A stretch of DNA of 63,680 bases, filler included, from Dicyema japonicum (lineage: Eukaryota > Animalia > Dicyemida), in NCBI GenBank assembly GCA_011109175.1. It is 7 parts of 7 records of this genome, joined end to end, with 100 filler letters (N's around TTAATTAATTAA, not from the genome) between each part and the next. Parts side by side here need not be neighbours in the genome. Positions count along the whole stretch, not along the records: positions 31,773 to 51,866 come from RDEW01000177.1; positions 51,967 to 56,512 come from RDEW01000057.1; positions 56,613 to 58,294 come from RDEW01000245.1; positions 58,395 to 61,227 come from RDEW01000120.1; positions 61,328 to 62,504 come from RDEW01000086.1; positions 62,605 to 63,680 come from RDEW01000187.1; 1 more part is not named here. One strand, given 5' to 3'. The position numbers were made by a program, and so were the translations under genes. The notes below the pieces were generated by a model. The model ran no database searches. It had not been told where the DNA came from and worked only from the letters and a program-made list of their open reading frames with translations. Shown here in pieces: positions 51,536 through 63,680 of this stretch (position 1 is its first letter; each line of letters starts with the position of its first letter).

Positions 51536-53939
51536 TTATTCTTCATATTTTTAATATTTAATAGAAAGATCTTCATGGGTTGACTAAAGATATACAATTT
51601 ACAGCATTTTTATGTACTTTTTAATGAATATGGATACAAAGCCATCCTACTTTATAACATCAGGCGAAATTACTAGGATATATCTGGGAAACAGATCGAA
51701 TGTTTGCAAGGCAGACTCTTCCTTTCTGGCCTTTAAAAAATTAGACGACCAGATTTTAAATTTCCGTCTAAAGTTTTCGAAGTGAGATCCTTCCTAGGAA
51801 CGGAGTCGAAATTTTTACAGATGTCAACTGTGGAAAATAGTCTACTGACGTCTAGACTTGTGAGAANNNNNNNNNNNNNNNNNNNNNNNNNNNNNNNNNN
51901 NNNNNNNNNNTTAATTAATTAANNNNNNNNNNNNNNNNNNNNNNNNNNNNNNNNNNNNNNNNNNNNACGATGTTCACTCAATCTGATTAATAAGAGTTTT
52001 TGTGGACTATCCCATTGACCCATCAAGTCTAGACATGTTTTTTCTTCGTAATGTAGTAATGAAGACAATCCTCTAAAAAGTCAATTTTAAGACAAGAAGA
52101 ATGATATAGTTTTTAATCACTAAACAATTTCTGTGTTCGACTATTAAAATTTCTAAATTGTCTGATTGTCATTAATATATGTATATACAGTAACTAAACC
52201 ATGTCACTTTAAAGCATCTTCCAATTTTTCATTTATTTCATAAAGTTATGTCTTAGAAATAAGCTTTGCTATAATTTGGATCAATTTCCAAGTTATTGAT
52301 TCTACAAATTGGCAAAAATATCGATCTAAAATCTTGAAGCCCCATCTGAACAGACCGAAAAAGAGAAACGAAAGAAATATGCTGATGTAGCGAATGGCAG
52401 TGTTTGTTCCCCTGGCAGCCTAAACGCCGGTAATTCAGGGACATTCTATTCGGAACCTGCTCCGGCTTACTTATGGAGAGAGTTACCCGGGATTTGTCTA
52501 AGCACCGGTTTTTAGCCGAACGAGTCTCTTTGCCAATAGTGAAGGACTAATATGTTGGCTATGTATCTGTCAATAACTATTTTCTTGGTATGATTAATTC
52601 ACATTTAATAATTTATAAATAAAGTGGATTAGATTCATTGCGGAGCTCAGTACATAAATACGTCAAACAATCCGTTTTTATTTCTAAAATATTTAATTTT
52701 AATACAGTATATTTTATTGGGGATGTCACCTGCCTTTGTCGACATTTTTTGGTTCATAGTTGAATGTAATATGGAGCTATTTATATTGTTTTTAATATTT
52801 TGTTGATTACTATTAAAAGTGGATATTGATGTAGACCATAACATATTCCTGGTTTACGTTAGACGGCATAACGGGGTCATCAGATTGGAGGCAGAAAAAA
52901 GAAAAGTTGCAACTAAGTGATGGTATGAGATAAGCCATGCCAGTTAAATAAAACCTACAAAGTGAAGCAACGCTAAAACTATCCATTTTTTTAGACGAAT
53001 TCTCTATAAAGCCTGTATTTAGATAACGTTTCGAGAAAACTTTTGAATACGCCCAAGGAGTGATTGTTTCTTCCGATGGCCGAGTGAGTATCGGGTCTGG
53101 TTCTTTAATTTAATGTATCTTAATTAATTACTCGATACAAAAAATCTTTCAGTGATTCATCGTGCAACCTTTGCACCGAGCTGAGAAAACATATCCTCTC
53201 TCGGTTTGAGAAGTTTGATGGCATATAATAATGCCAAAAAGTTTTATAATAGTTACCCTAAATATTTTCCAACAAAAACAGATAATCAAGAGAACTATGA
53301 TATTGGTAATATAAAAGCAAATATATTAAAATAAAAAAAATTCCACCATAAATAATGCAGAACCCCTGTTCAATTCCATCATGAATGTACAGTATCAAAC
53401 ACACAATTTATAAAAGTCATAACTTATGACTCATAAGGTATGAGAAACTAAAAAAACATAACGCCTTTCTACATGATTTCGACTTTCTTAATATCACCAC
53501 GTCTCACAAGACTGAGCAGACTATGAATGACAAAGAAGACAGTTCAGTAGGAAACTATGTGATGAAACGCAGACTAATTTTAAACTCACATCTAATGTCT
53601 TTGAAGATAAAATATTTATTCAAAAGTAAACTCAATTATACAATAACAAAAAACGGTCACAACTAACAGCAATTTTGATTCGAAAAAGTGACTTAGACAC
53701 TACTAATAGCAAATTTGAGTACGAGCAGCCTGAATTGTCATATGGGATTCTTATGAGTAGACTTAACTGAGAGAGATTGGAAGGCTTTTCTAAAAATTTT
53801 AAAAACGTTTTTGATCAAAAAGAGTCCATGTGAAGATTTTATAACGAATAAATAGTTTGGGCTAGTTTTGTAATGATTATATAAATTTTATTTTAATTCT
53901 AAATCGAATAAATATTGCTTAGCAACGTTTGTTATTACA

Positions 53940-56512
53940 AAATGACGGGGAATACAAATGAGAGCTTACTGAGACTTATTCAAGATCATCAGTTAGTTTA
54001 CGAAAAAGATATAAAAAACTTAAAATGTGATGAAAATAACTTGGAGGTTAATTCTCAATCATTTATTCCAAATAGAAAAAACTACAAATATATCAAGAAT
54101 ATAACAGAGATTTGACTGATCAAAACAAATTACTCATTTCTTTATTTTTTGAACAAAATGAACATTCTGACATTGCAGATCTATTGGAGCAAAATAAATC
54201 AAATGAATACAAAATCATGTACATGGAAAAAGAGTATTCAGCACTTAAAGATATGTACGAACAAAAAATTGACCAAGTATTCATTTCATTAATTAATTAA
54301 AAAATGTTAATCTCTTTGGAAAACTAGCTCTAATTATTTGTTAGGTTTAGTCTTATATTAATTAATATATGTACAATTATTAAAATAAAAACTAATATGA
54401 ATATGTTATTTAAAGTTAAAATGTTTATTGATAAATAGATAGTATCATTAAAAGAATATATTCGCCAAAAAAATGATGAAGATTCCGACCTGGACAACCA
54501 CCACAACAAACAATTTTCCCCAACAAGACAACAATCTAATAACAGTGAAATGGAAAACAAGACCCAAACTATCCAACGTTGGCTTGAAGCAGCCATTTGT
54601 TCCCAAAATCATCAACAGTGCTTCGGACAAATCCAATCAGACCAAACTGATGAAATACGAGCCCAGCTTTCTAGACAAATTGAGGAGACAGCCTTCGTGC
54701 AATCGGCATTGGAGAGCAAAGAAAGTCTCATTAAAAGCCTGGAAGAAGATTTTTTTGGACTCAAAAAACACTGCGAGTTCCTTAAAGACCAAATTGGGAG
54801 TTTGCAGGTCTCTGAGGAAAAATTGTTCAGAGAAAATGCCTCATTAAGAGACCGGATGAGCTCTGAGCAGATAAAAGTATTTTTATTAAAAAAATATTTT
54901 AGGATGAATTGGAAAACTCTAAAGAGGTTTTTTAGTTAATTAATAATTATTTGAAATTAATTAATTATTAAATAAAATATCAGATTGCAGAAAGAGACGA
55001 TGTGATACAAAAATTGTCAAATGAGTTAAACAGGACTCGACAGGGAATTAAGCAAATGAAAGCCAACATTGAAAAAAGAGACGAAAAACTAAAAGAACTG
55101 ATAATTTCACACGATAGACTACAAGAAGAGAACTCAAAATTAGTTCAAATTAAGTGTAATATCTAAGATTTAGATTGATATGAAAAAGCAGTCTAAAATG
55201 GTAATACATGACGAATTCAGGTCACTACAAACGGATAATACTGTATTGAGAGAGACTATAAGCAAACTTGTTACTGACAACAGTAAATCGAGTCATCAGA
55301 TACAAAAAGCCACGGAAGAATGTGAGTCTTGGAATAATCGATGCGCATCACAAAAGCACAAAGTAAAGATTTATTTTACAAATATTTTATTAAAATTATA
55401 ATTGAAGATTAAATATAATATTATTGTTTAAAAATTAACTACAAATTATTTAGATAAATGAAATGATTGAACAAATTTCCAAAAAAGATTTAGAACTAAA
55501 AATAGTTAAGGAAAAGCTCTCTAACATCAAAGTGGATGTAAAAATCAAAAATATCTTAAATTGCTTAGTTACAATTCCAAATGGACCAGAAAGACTCCAT
55601 TGCTGTTGATCTAAAAAGTTATAAATTGCAAACGAACGAAATAAAGCTCGAAAATGAGAGAAAACCCCACAAAGTTATCCTTACGAATTCCTCATTTTAG
55701 ATTAACCAATTGGAGCAAGAACTGGACNTCGAAAATGAGCGGAAAACCCACAGAGTGATCCTCACGAATTCCTCATTTTAGATTGACCAATTGGAGCAAG
55801 AACTGGACCACTATTCCAAAGAGAACGCAGTCAGTACTGAGCAGGTTACTGTTAGATATGATTGGCAGATTTCATTATTGAACTCTCAATTAGAGGATTT
55901 TAGACGTACTGTAGAGCAGCATAAAGCTCAGGAAATATTGGAAAGAAAAAAGCAGTCGGAATTCATATCAAGGCTGGAATCGGCTTTAGACGGTGCTCAC
56001 TCCTCATTAAGAATTGAAAGACAAAATAACGAAAAAAACAAGATTCTTATTAGTGATNTTACTGTTAGATATGATTGGCAGATTTCATTATTGAACTCTC
56101 AATTAGAGGATTTTAGACGTACTGTAGAGCAGCATAAAGCTCAGGAAATTTTGGAAAGAAAAAAGCAGTCGGAATTCATATCAAGGCTGGAATCGGCTTT
56201 AGACGGTGCTCACTCTTCATTAAGATATTAAAGACAAAATAACGAAAAAAACAAGATTCTTATTAGTGATTTACAATCAGTTTTATTTGAAGAGAAAAAT
56301 GAATCGGAAAGAAGATTTGAAGCAGTTATATTTAATTACTTATAAAAAATATATTATTTTTATACATGTGTAAATATATTATTTTAGTTAACATATGCGA
56401 ATGCCAATTTGAGAGATTATGAACTAAATTTGTCTGAGATCAAATCAAAGGAGGAGAGAAGTTCCTCCAAGATTGTGGAGATGAATGATGAGTTGGAACA
56501 TATACGGGAGGA
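53940..56512 (+). CDS. Multi-exon coiled-coil host protein, partial (runs into a gap; start uncertain)
   Basis: E/K/L/Q-rich heptad-like exons (54550-54876, 55180-55362, 55782-56325) separated by short GT-AG introns such as 54877-54902. Contains N-separated assembly duplications. Confidence 0.65.
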
Positions 56513-57155
56513 NNNNNNNNNNNNNNNNNNNNNNNNNNNNNNNNNNNNNNNNNNNNTTAATTAATTAANNNNNNNNNNNNNNNNNNNNNNNNNNNNNNNN
56601 NNNNNNNNNNNNTACTCTTAGTGGGATTATATAGAATGATTTTTCGATATTAATTACTAAAAACATTCGAGATTTAACAAAAACCTTCTGACCAATTAAT
56701 TATTTGGTCATCAAGACTATTATTCTTTAGATCATTAATTTCTGTATTACACAAGATGATTTTGTTATTTATGGGTATATCTGATACATAGTCACTACAT
56801 GACATATGGTCTCTTCTTCATTCATAGACCATAGTGGCAGGCTTAGGAGACGTCGGAACCCATTTCCTTGAATGTCAGCACTATATAATTCTCATGATTA
56901 TTACTTCTTACGTCGATCAATTTTTAGAGAAATGATAAATGTTTACTAAAGAAAATGTGACTGTCGAATATACACTTAATGATTAATGTGATTTAATAAG
57001 ATATAATCAAGCCTATGGAGGACAAAAGGGGACCCATCTTTTAGGAAAAGTGACGAGACCGATAATTTATTATTATTACTATCATATGAACAGAATGTCA
57101 AATATACTAATTAAGTTCCCACATGTGCAACACACGAGACTGACATCAACTATTA

Positions 57156-57230
57156 CAGGGGTCGGCAACCTTCCAAACCAAAGAGCCGATTTTTGGTTTT
57201 TTTGGCAATTAAAAAATTGAAGAGTCACTT
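57156..57230 (+). mobile_element. hAT-type left terminus
   Basis: CAGGGGTCGGCAACC...AAAGAGCC is typical of hAT/Charlie ends. Confidence 0.45.
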
Positions 57231-57534
57231 TTTAAAATAAAAAAAACATAACAAAATTATTTCAATCTAATTAATGAGATAATTGACCTTGCATTTTCTT
57301 CGCCAATAGTGTTATGTCTGGATGTCACAAGACTCATCTTTTATTGAATTTGCAGAAGCTATTTTAAAGTCATCAACTTTTTGCATCGTCACATTGCAAG
57401 AGTTCTATTCGCAATTGTTTTTGCGGATAACGCTGTATTTTTAATTTGATTTAAAATCTGTTTTATTCGTAAAATTTTGGAATAGTTTTTGTGACAATTT
57501 TAGAAAACAGGATCAAGACTTTATTGTGTAACAG

Positions 57535-57850
57535 ATCTTTCTTTTGACTTTAGTAATGATTCCTCCACGGCCAAACTGGCGATCATTCATGATAAAAGTT
57601 AATCCCGGAAGTTTTGTAGTGAGGAAGAGTGCGTCAGTTTCGTCTCCTGTAGGAGGGACACGTCAACCTCGTACTTCTAGTTGAAAGCTCTGAGCTCGAT
57701 TATCTTTCCTATCTCTCCATTTACAGTATGGAAATCATCCGCCTCTTGTTCTTAGAGAGCTTCGGGATCTCTTTGCTTGCCTGGACCTTTAGGGTTCGAA
57801 ATCAAAGTAATGAATTTCTGAGAGCACCTTACCTTAGAAGCGGGTTTATT
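57535..57850 (-). mobile_element. Decayed 5' part (APE N-terminus) of a B-like LINE
   Basis: KIIELRA...VDVSLLQETKL...PGLTFIMNDRQFGRGGIIT aligns with B KIFELRA...LALIQESKL...PGYTVIRKDRQGGRGGGLLT. Confidence 0.6.
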
Positions 57851-59183
57851 GACGGTTGTCAGTTTCCTACATGTTAGCGAAACTGAAGTCAATAATTTAA
57901 TTTATAGCATTTACTGTCTTAGGGCTATCGAAGACATCCATGTTAGATTGCCTTCTGAAAACGTCAGACTAAACAGAGTTGATGGAAAAGGCCGGATGGA
58001 GTAGCGAAAATAAAGTAGAGCCTAGGGATATTTATTGTCTAGGATTCAAAGTGCATGGATACTTTCTCAAACGCGAATCTGCTAGAGACATTATTGTGTG
58101 GGGGTCCGCAGCAAGTACTGCTGAATATTCCAAAACGATGAAGTACTTCGCCATCAGCCGATCTCCGTTTAGACCTATGGCGTGCTTGGCCCGGGTATGT
58201 CTAAGGTGAGCGATTCGACATGATAAGTGAATGTCCAGGACGGCTAGACGGAACGTGAACAACCATGACTTTATCCATAAGTGAACTCCATGTTNNNNNN
58301 NNNNNNNNNNNNNNNNNNNNNNNNNNNNNNNNNNNNNNTTAATTAATTAANNNNNNNNNNNNNNNNNNNNNNNNNNNNNNNNNNNNNNNNNNNNTATTTT
58401 TTATTTGAAAATACGCTTGGCGGTACGAGCAGATGGCGGGTCCACGCAAAACCCGTGACAAAATATTTTTTGTATTTAGATAATTGACCTGACCGATCTG
58501 GACGCTGACAATTTTATTGTTATTAAATATTAAACCTTATCTTACCGAATATTTTGGATGAATCAACGGGTTTTGGCCCTTTTTCTTTTAAAAGGGATTC
58601 CTAATAGAGCAGACTTATCTAGCATCTTAATTTTAAACCACTTGTCGACGAGATTCACTTATTTAAACAGACTACTCTAGTAAGACTGAATTTTTAGAGT
58701 CGGCGTAGACGAAGACCTTGTCCCTCTATCAAAGAAGGTCGGTAAGAGCTATTTGAAGAACGGATAGTTTCTCATTATAAAGTCGAATTGCAAAGGCTTA
58801 AAAGTGATTTTTGCGAAAAACCCTGTCAATCAGTGACTTTCTTTATGTATCCAAACATAGAGAAAGTCATGCAGAATTCTGCAGAATTGTTTAAAATGCA
58901 AATAAATGCCAAAACCTTTCGCTATTTTAATGGATGGGGATGAAAGCTTTTAATCTAGCCGCTTTAGTAATCCACAGGTAAATTTCTAAATAGGTTACCA
59001 AAAGAATCAAGATTCACATTTTAGTAAAAATTATTTGTTCAGTCAGTATTTTCATTTGAATATTAATGTTTTAATGTTTCAAGCAATTGTAGGGGTGAGA
59101 TTAATGTGACTGTAACGACTGATCAGATAAGTTATCCGATAACTTTCGCATTTCTACTGTATTTAAGATGTGCTTTTGCCCAC

Positions 59184-61227
59184 TTTTTTTTTTTTATTAA
59201 GCCAAAAACCACCCGAGTTAAAATACTAATTAAGAGGAAAAAACGACATCAGGTGATTTCAGCTTCTCTCAGCAGTGCACTCATTTTTTCTCGGTGTAGT
59301 TCCCGAGAGCCGACACATTTTCGATAGCTTCGGACGAGTGGTTTAGCAAACTTGTGCTAGAACGCCCCCAGACTTCCTCACGAGGTTCTCAAAAAGGGGT
59401 TGCCCTAATTGAGAAACCTGTGCTTCGGGAAATAGATTTTGTAATCCCGGATTGCGCAGAATTGAATCTTCTCGAAGTTTGTTTTAGAGAGTTTCGATCC
59501 CCAAGACGCACAGCAGTATCGAATAGTTGGTTTCATGAATTGTGTATACAGTGCATTTGGTAATTTGGTTTTGAGAAAAACTTTTGTATCTTGAGGCAAG
59601 CACCTTCACAAAGTTTAGTTTTCGTGCCGAAGCACTGATTACGTTGGCCACATGTGGACTGAAGGTCATAAGGGAGTCGTATGTTACTCCCAAATCTTTG
59701 ATGTGTTTCTTTTTCGGGATTTGCACACCATTTAAAAATAGTTCGACAGGTTCATTTAGTAATCTTCTTGTTCGAGGTGAAAAGAGTGGTCAAGACTTTT
59801 CAGTGGATGTTGACATTGAGTTTCTCTCTAACCATTTGTGGAATTCGTCCAGAGTATATTGCATTTTGTTCGTGGCCGACGTAACGCATATATCTTTGCA
59901 CGCATAAACTATGTCATCGGCGTAACCAAGAGTTAACGAATTTCCATCCGAATCAATCGGGATATCGTGTAAGAATAAGTTGAAAAGCGACGGTGACAAT
60001 GGGGAGCCTTGTGGCACACCGTTTGGGAGGAATTTTGAGACTGATTGGCAGAATTTTGTAACTACTTTGCCTCTGCGACCTGTTAAAAAGTTCCCCAGCC
60101 ATCTTTTAAAAATGTTTGGGATTTCGGAGCAGTAAATCTTCCTGGTCAAGATTTTTCGAGGGACCGAATCAAAAGCCCGGCGGATGTCAATTGAGCACAA
60201 TAAAGTTTTGGAATGCCTTGGTTTTGACTCAAAACCACCCATGATAAAATTTGTAAGGGTTTGTGAGTGTGAACTAGTGGATAGATCTTTCTTAAATCCG
60301 TGCTGAAAGGCTACTTCTGGTAAATACGGATGAATTCGGTCCAAAACAATTTTTTCCAGGATTTTTGAAGGTCCACATAGTAGGGATATTGGTCGGTAAG
60401 ACGAGGGGGACTCTTTAGGTTTTCCAGGTTTTTGCACTGGGTGGATGTGTGCCAACTTCCACATTGTTGGGATAGTATTGTCATTTATGGATTTGTTACA
60501 AATCTGTGTTAGTCCTGCGAGTGCCCTGAGTCCTAGATTTTTGATAACGATCATGGGAATTTTGTCCGGTCCACATGAGAAGGTTAGCTTCTGTGATTTG
60601 ATAGCATTTACAGTTTCTTCCAATGAGATAGATATCTGTTCATTGCGACATTTTGGTTTTAACACAGACAATGAGGGGCCATCGTATTTTTTATGAGGTA
60701 GGTAGCTATTCTGTGCATAGAACTTCATTATTTCGTCTAGTTCCTTTTTACTGAATTCCGGACAATTTCTTTTCTCAGGATTTCTGATCCTTGAGAGAGT
60801 TTTCCACATGATAGATAGGGACCTCTGTTTGTTAAAAGTAGAGGTGATGTTCCTCCATTCATCAACTTCCTTTTTCTTCGAGATTTTCTTTATCTCCCTG
60901 TCCAACAGTCGGATACGGTGTATTGTATCAGGTGATGGCCTTTGAATACTTTTGAGGCGATTACGTTCATTCACGAATTTCCTCGATTTGTGGTCGGAGC
61001 ATTTAATGTGGGAAGTTATTGATCTTTCTCTGATAAATGTCTTCATTGCCATTCGGATTGTTCTGTTAAAGTGAAACACGGCGTTGTCGAGAGAGTTAAA
61101 ACGTGATACAGAGAAATTTGCCAAGTTTGTGTCTACATGATGAGCAAAAACTTCCCAATTGACGTTTCTGTAATCCATGAAAGTATTTCGTCTTCTGTCA
61201 GGAAAGAGTGCACCCTTCACTCGGATG
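59184..61227 (-). mobile_element. LINE family D (GIT family), 5' end lost in a gap
   Basis: 476-aa ORF with YRPISLL, QHGF, IDIRRAFD, GVPQGS and YADD. Ends KCVGSRELHREKMSALLREAEIT*. Poly(A) at 59184-59195. Confidence 0.9.
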
Positions 61228-62981
61228 NNNNNNNNNNNNNNNNNNNNNNNNNNNNNNNNNNNNNNNNNNNNTTAATTAATTAANNNNNNNNNNNNNNNNN
61301 NNNNNNNNNNNNNNNNNNNNNNNNNNNCCACTTAGCTTCATGAAAGATGAAAAATCTTGTCTTTCCTTTTGTGAGGGTGGACGTTGTGGATAAGTCAGAA
61401 ACATCTGTATTATGAGGGTGTAATGACAAGTCTTAAAGCAAAATGACAAAGAAAAATTTTTAAAATTTTACAAGATAAATGATATTTAAAGAGAAATTAC
61501 ATAACTTCCAATAACATCATTAAATGTTTACTTCATTTTGGATTGAGGAGAGCAAACCTCTTCTCTTGTGTTTGTAGTTATTACTAAACCATAATATCAA
61601 GCGGGTGGTACATTTTCTGGTCTATGAAAATTATTTAAGCACAATAGAAAAAACTAGGTGGATTTAGGTGTGGGCGAATTTTAATGAGAATATAAAAATA
61701 GCCTATCACGTGTCGAAAAATAAAATAAGCTACTCAATATTCAAATGAATGACAAAAATTAGCAGTCACATTCGAGATAAATTTGAGATAAAATAAATGT
61801 TAAAGTCAAAAATAGCCAAAACAGAATTGTATTTTAACGTGAAAATCATTTTGCATTACTTATGGACAAGCATCGGGCAATCAGATGTGTGACTGCGCTA
61901 TTCAGCATGATTAGCGATAAAAGAAGATCGCCTTTTCTCTTGCTGGAAGCTTCCCTGCAAAACCGTGCCTTTGGTCGAGATTCAAGAATACTGAGATCAA
62001 TCGTCCGTTTCCATCATTTAAGGGACCGTGAGTAATAAAGAAATGAAATTATTTAACCCAACAAAGGAAAACAATTATCATTTCATCAATTTATGGGTTT
62101 TTTTAATGAATACGGAGTTAATAGAACAAAGGGAAATGCTATTTCATTATGAACCGCAAATTAAATATTATCTTTTTTGTCCATATAAATTAATTATCGG
62201 TAATTTGACAAAAATGATTTTCAACTTTTTAGTCGGTTTGATATAATTTAAATTGATTTTAGGATTCCTACTATGTTTATTGACTTCTGGTAATCTTATA
62301 AGTTTTACATTAAGGTGCCTCATACTCCCAAATTTTCAACTACAATAATCACTCATATTACTTTTCTTCAAGAACAACAAATGGATACTGGTTAGATAAT
62401 GTCTGCGGCTATGATAAACACTATTCTGTGGATATTCAAGATAGCGAGGAGAATAAAGTAATTTTCAGTATAGATTATAATATTAAATTTTAAGGTTTTC
62501 TCAGNNNNNNNNNNNNNNNNNNNNNNNNNNNNNNNNNNNNNNNNNNNNTTAATTAATTAANNNNNNNNNNNNNNNNNNNNNNNNNNNNNNNNNNNNNNNN
62601 NNNNGTATTTGTTATATTATAAGCATAACGGGAGAGGGGGAATGTGTTGTCCTCAGTGAGGAGGCTGCTAAGGGTAGATGTCGATGGCTGAGGAGGGCAG
62701 GGAATGTGTTTGCTCGCTGTGATGACTTGGAGGAATATTTCTGTAGGTATTGGTTGTTCTGATTGGAGATTTTCGGCCATGGAGATGTGGCAGGGACATT
62801 ATGTGGCCAATAATATCGTCCTTCAGGCTGTCTGTGCTCGGATTCATGTTCTGGGGATGTCTATTCGTTCGGGGGTCAAATCCATTTGCAAGGCTACTAC
62901 ATTTTTTTATAATAATTTAAAATGATTTTTTATTTTAAAAAAATATATTTAATAAAATATATTTAAATTTTGTTCGTTGTG

Positions 62982-63152
62982 ATGAGTTTTTCGACTACTG
63001 TTTATAATGTTCTGTTTAAAAGGAGTTCAGCTTTTGTGTTGACAACTATAATATCGGGAATGTGTATTGGGAAGGGGATTGACTATTGTGGGGATTTAAT
63101 CTACGATAAAATAAATGCAGGCAAACTCTGGAGAGATATGCCTCACGAATAG
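62982..63152 (+). CDS. QCR9: Cytochrome b-c1 complex subunit 9
   Basis: 56 aa MSFSTTVYNVLFKRSSAFVLT...D.IYDKINAGKLWRDM matches the Y..LF+R.S.F / IYD.IN.GKLW signature of QCR9/UQCR10. Intronless. Confidence 0.88.
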   Translation: MSFSTTVYNVLFKRSSAFVLTTIISGMCIGKGIDYCGDLIYDKINAGKLWRDMPHE

Positions 63153-63189
63153 TAACAACTTTTAACATTAACTGACTTAACAAATTTTT

Positions 63190-63680
63190 TCTGTTCGTTT
63201 TCGTCTGAAAAAGCCTGTTTTTTATCGACCTTATGTCTAAAACTGATTTATGTGTGTAGGGATAGTCGATTATACTAGTCCAGGACTAATAGGTCGTTGT
63301 AATACTGTCATTGTTTGAGTATTTTTGACAGTACAGTCAGAAAATATGCAAACACCCCCAGAAAAGAGCAATTTTGATGTATATTTCGAAGGCGAAGTAT
63401 TTTGAGCAGTCAGTGCTATAAACTGAGATAAATTAGATTGTCTACTGCTTTAAGTCACCTCTTCAATTTGGAGGATATCGAATCCCTTATGGATAGTGTC
63501 CAATAGTTTCTAGTCGTCTCTGAGTTGTGTCCACATTTCTGCCATTAAACTGTGCTTGAAATCATTATTATATGACTGAATATAAAACTCATTTCGGATG
63601 TATAATATTTGTGAAATTAAACCATTTGTGATTTATTGACTGACACGGCTATCACTTTTATTTTTTGCTCTTTCTCATTT
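63190..63680 (-). CDS. Possible 3' exons of an unidentified host gene
   Basis: Open stretches LLDTIHKGFDILQIEE|FIALTAQNTSPSKY... joined by a candidate short GT-AG intron. No family recognised. Confidence 0.25.

Noticed and set aside
55650-56270. Apparent exon duplications in the coiled-coil gene (similar cases at about 43242-43556 and 44225-44560)
   Set aside because: Each pair is separated by a single N, typical of unmerged contig overlaps rather than real repeats.
61900-62350. Possible hAT transposase remnant (also about 58550-58960)
   Set aside because: Only vague motif resemblance, too decayed to support.
31673-62604. Recurring palindromic TTAATTAATTAA within N runs
   Set aside because: Artificial six-frame-stop scaffold linker. 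Adjacency across these gaps is not guaranteed.

Overview
AT-rich eukaryotic scaffold with very short GT-AG introns (about 21-29 nt). This suggests a compact parasite-type genome such as a dicyemid, which is an inference only. Bases 452-30,499 are a tandem array with a period of about 11.1 kb, arranged U-B-U-B-U'. Unit U contains three things. (i) A GH18 chitinase-like gene that looks shattered in the ORF track but splices through nine 22-23-nt introns into a 407-aa protein, with a signal peptide, an altered active site (DGLDINWE) and a GPI-anchor-like tail. (ii) A second micro-intron gene, Cys-rich/LRR-like with possible TM segments, which has a diverged paralogue at about 35.7-37.8 kb. (iii) A 5'-truncated LINE (family A) with an 11-bp TSD. 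B is a compact single-ORF APE-RT LINE of about 3.25 kb with a viral-type 2A ribosomal-skip motif (DVETNPGP) ahead of the endonuclease. It sits exactly at the array junctions and has no short TSD. The rest of the window is joined by artificial N-TTAATTAATTAA-N spacers and is mostly decayed elements: related LINEs sharing a C-terminal ...GIT* motif, RTE-, R4-like and CRE-like retroelements, three Tigger/pogo remnants (one with a micro-intron) and hAT ends. It also holds a coiled-coil host gene and an intronless QCR9/UQCR10 gene.
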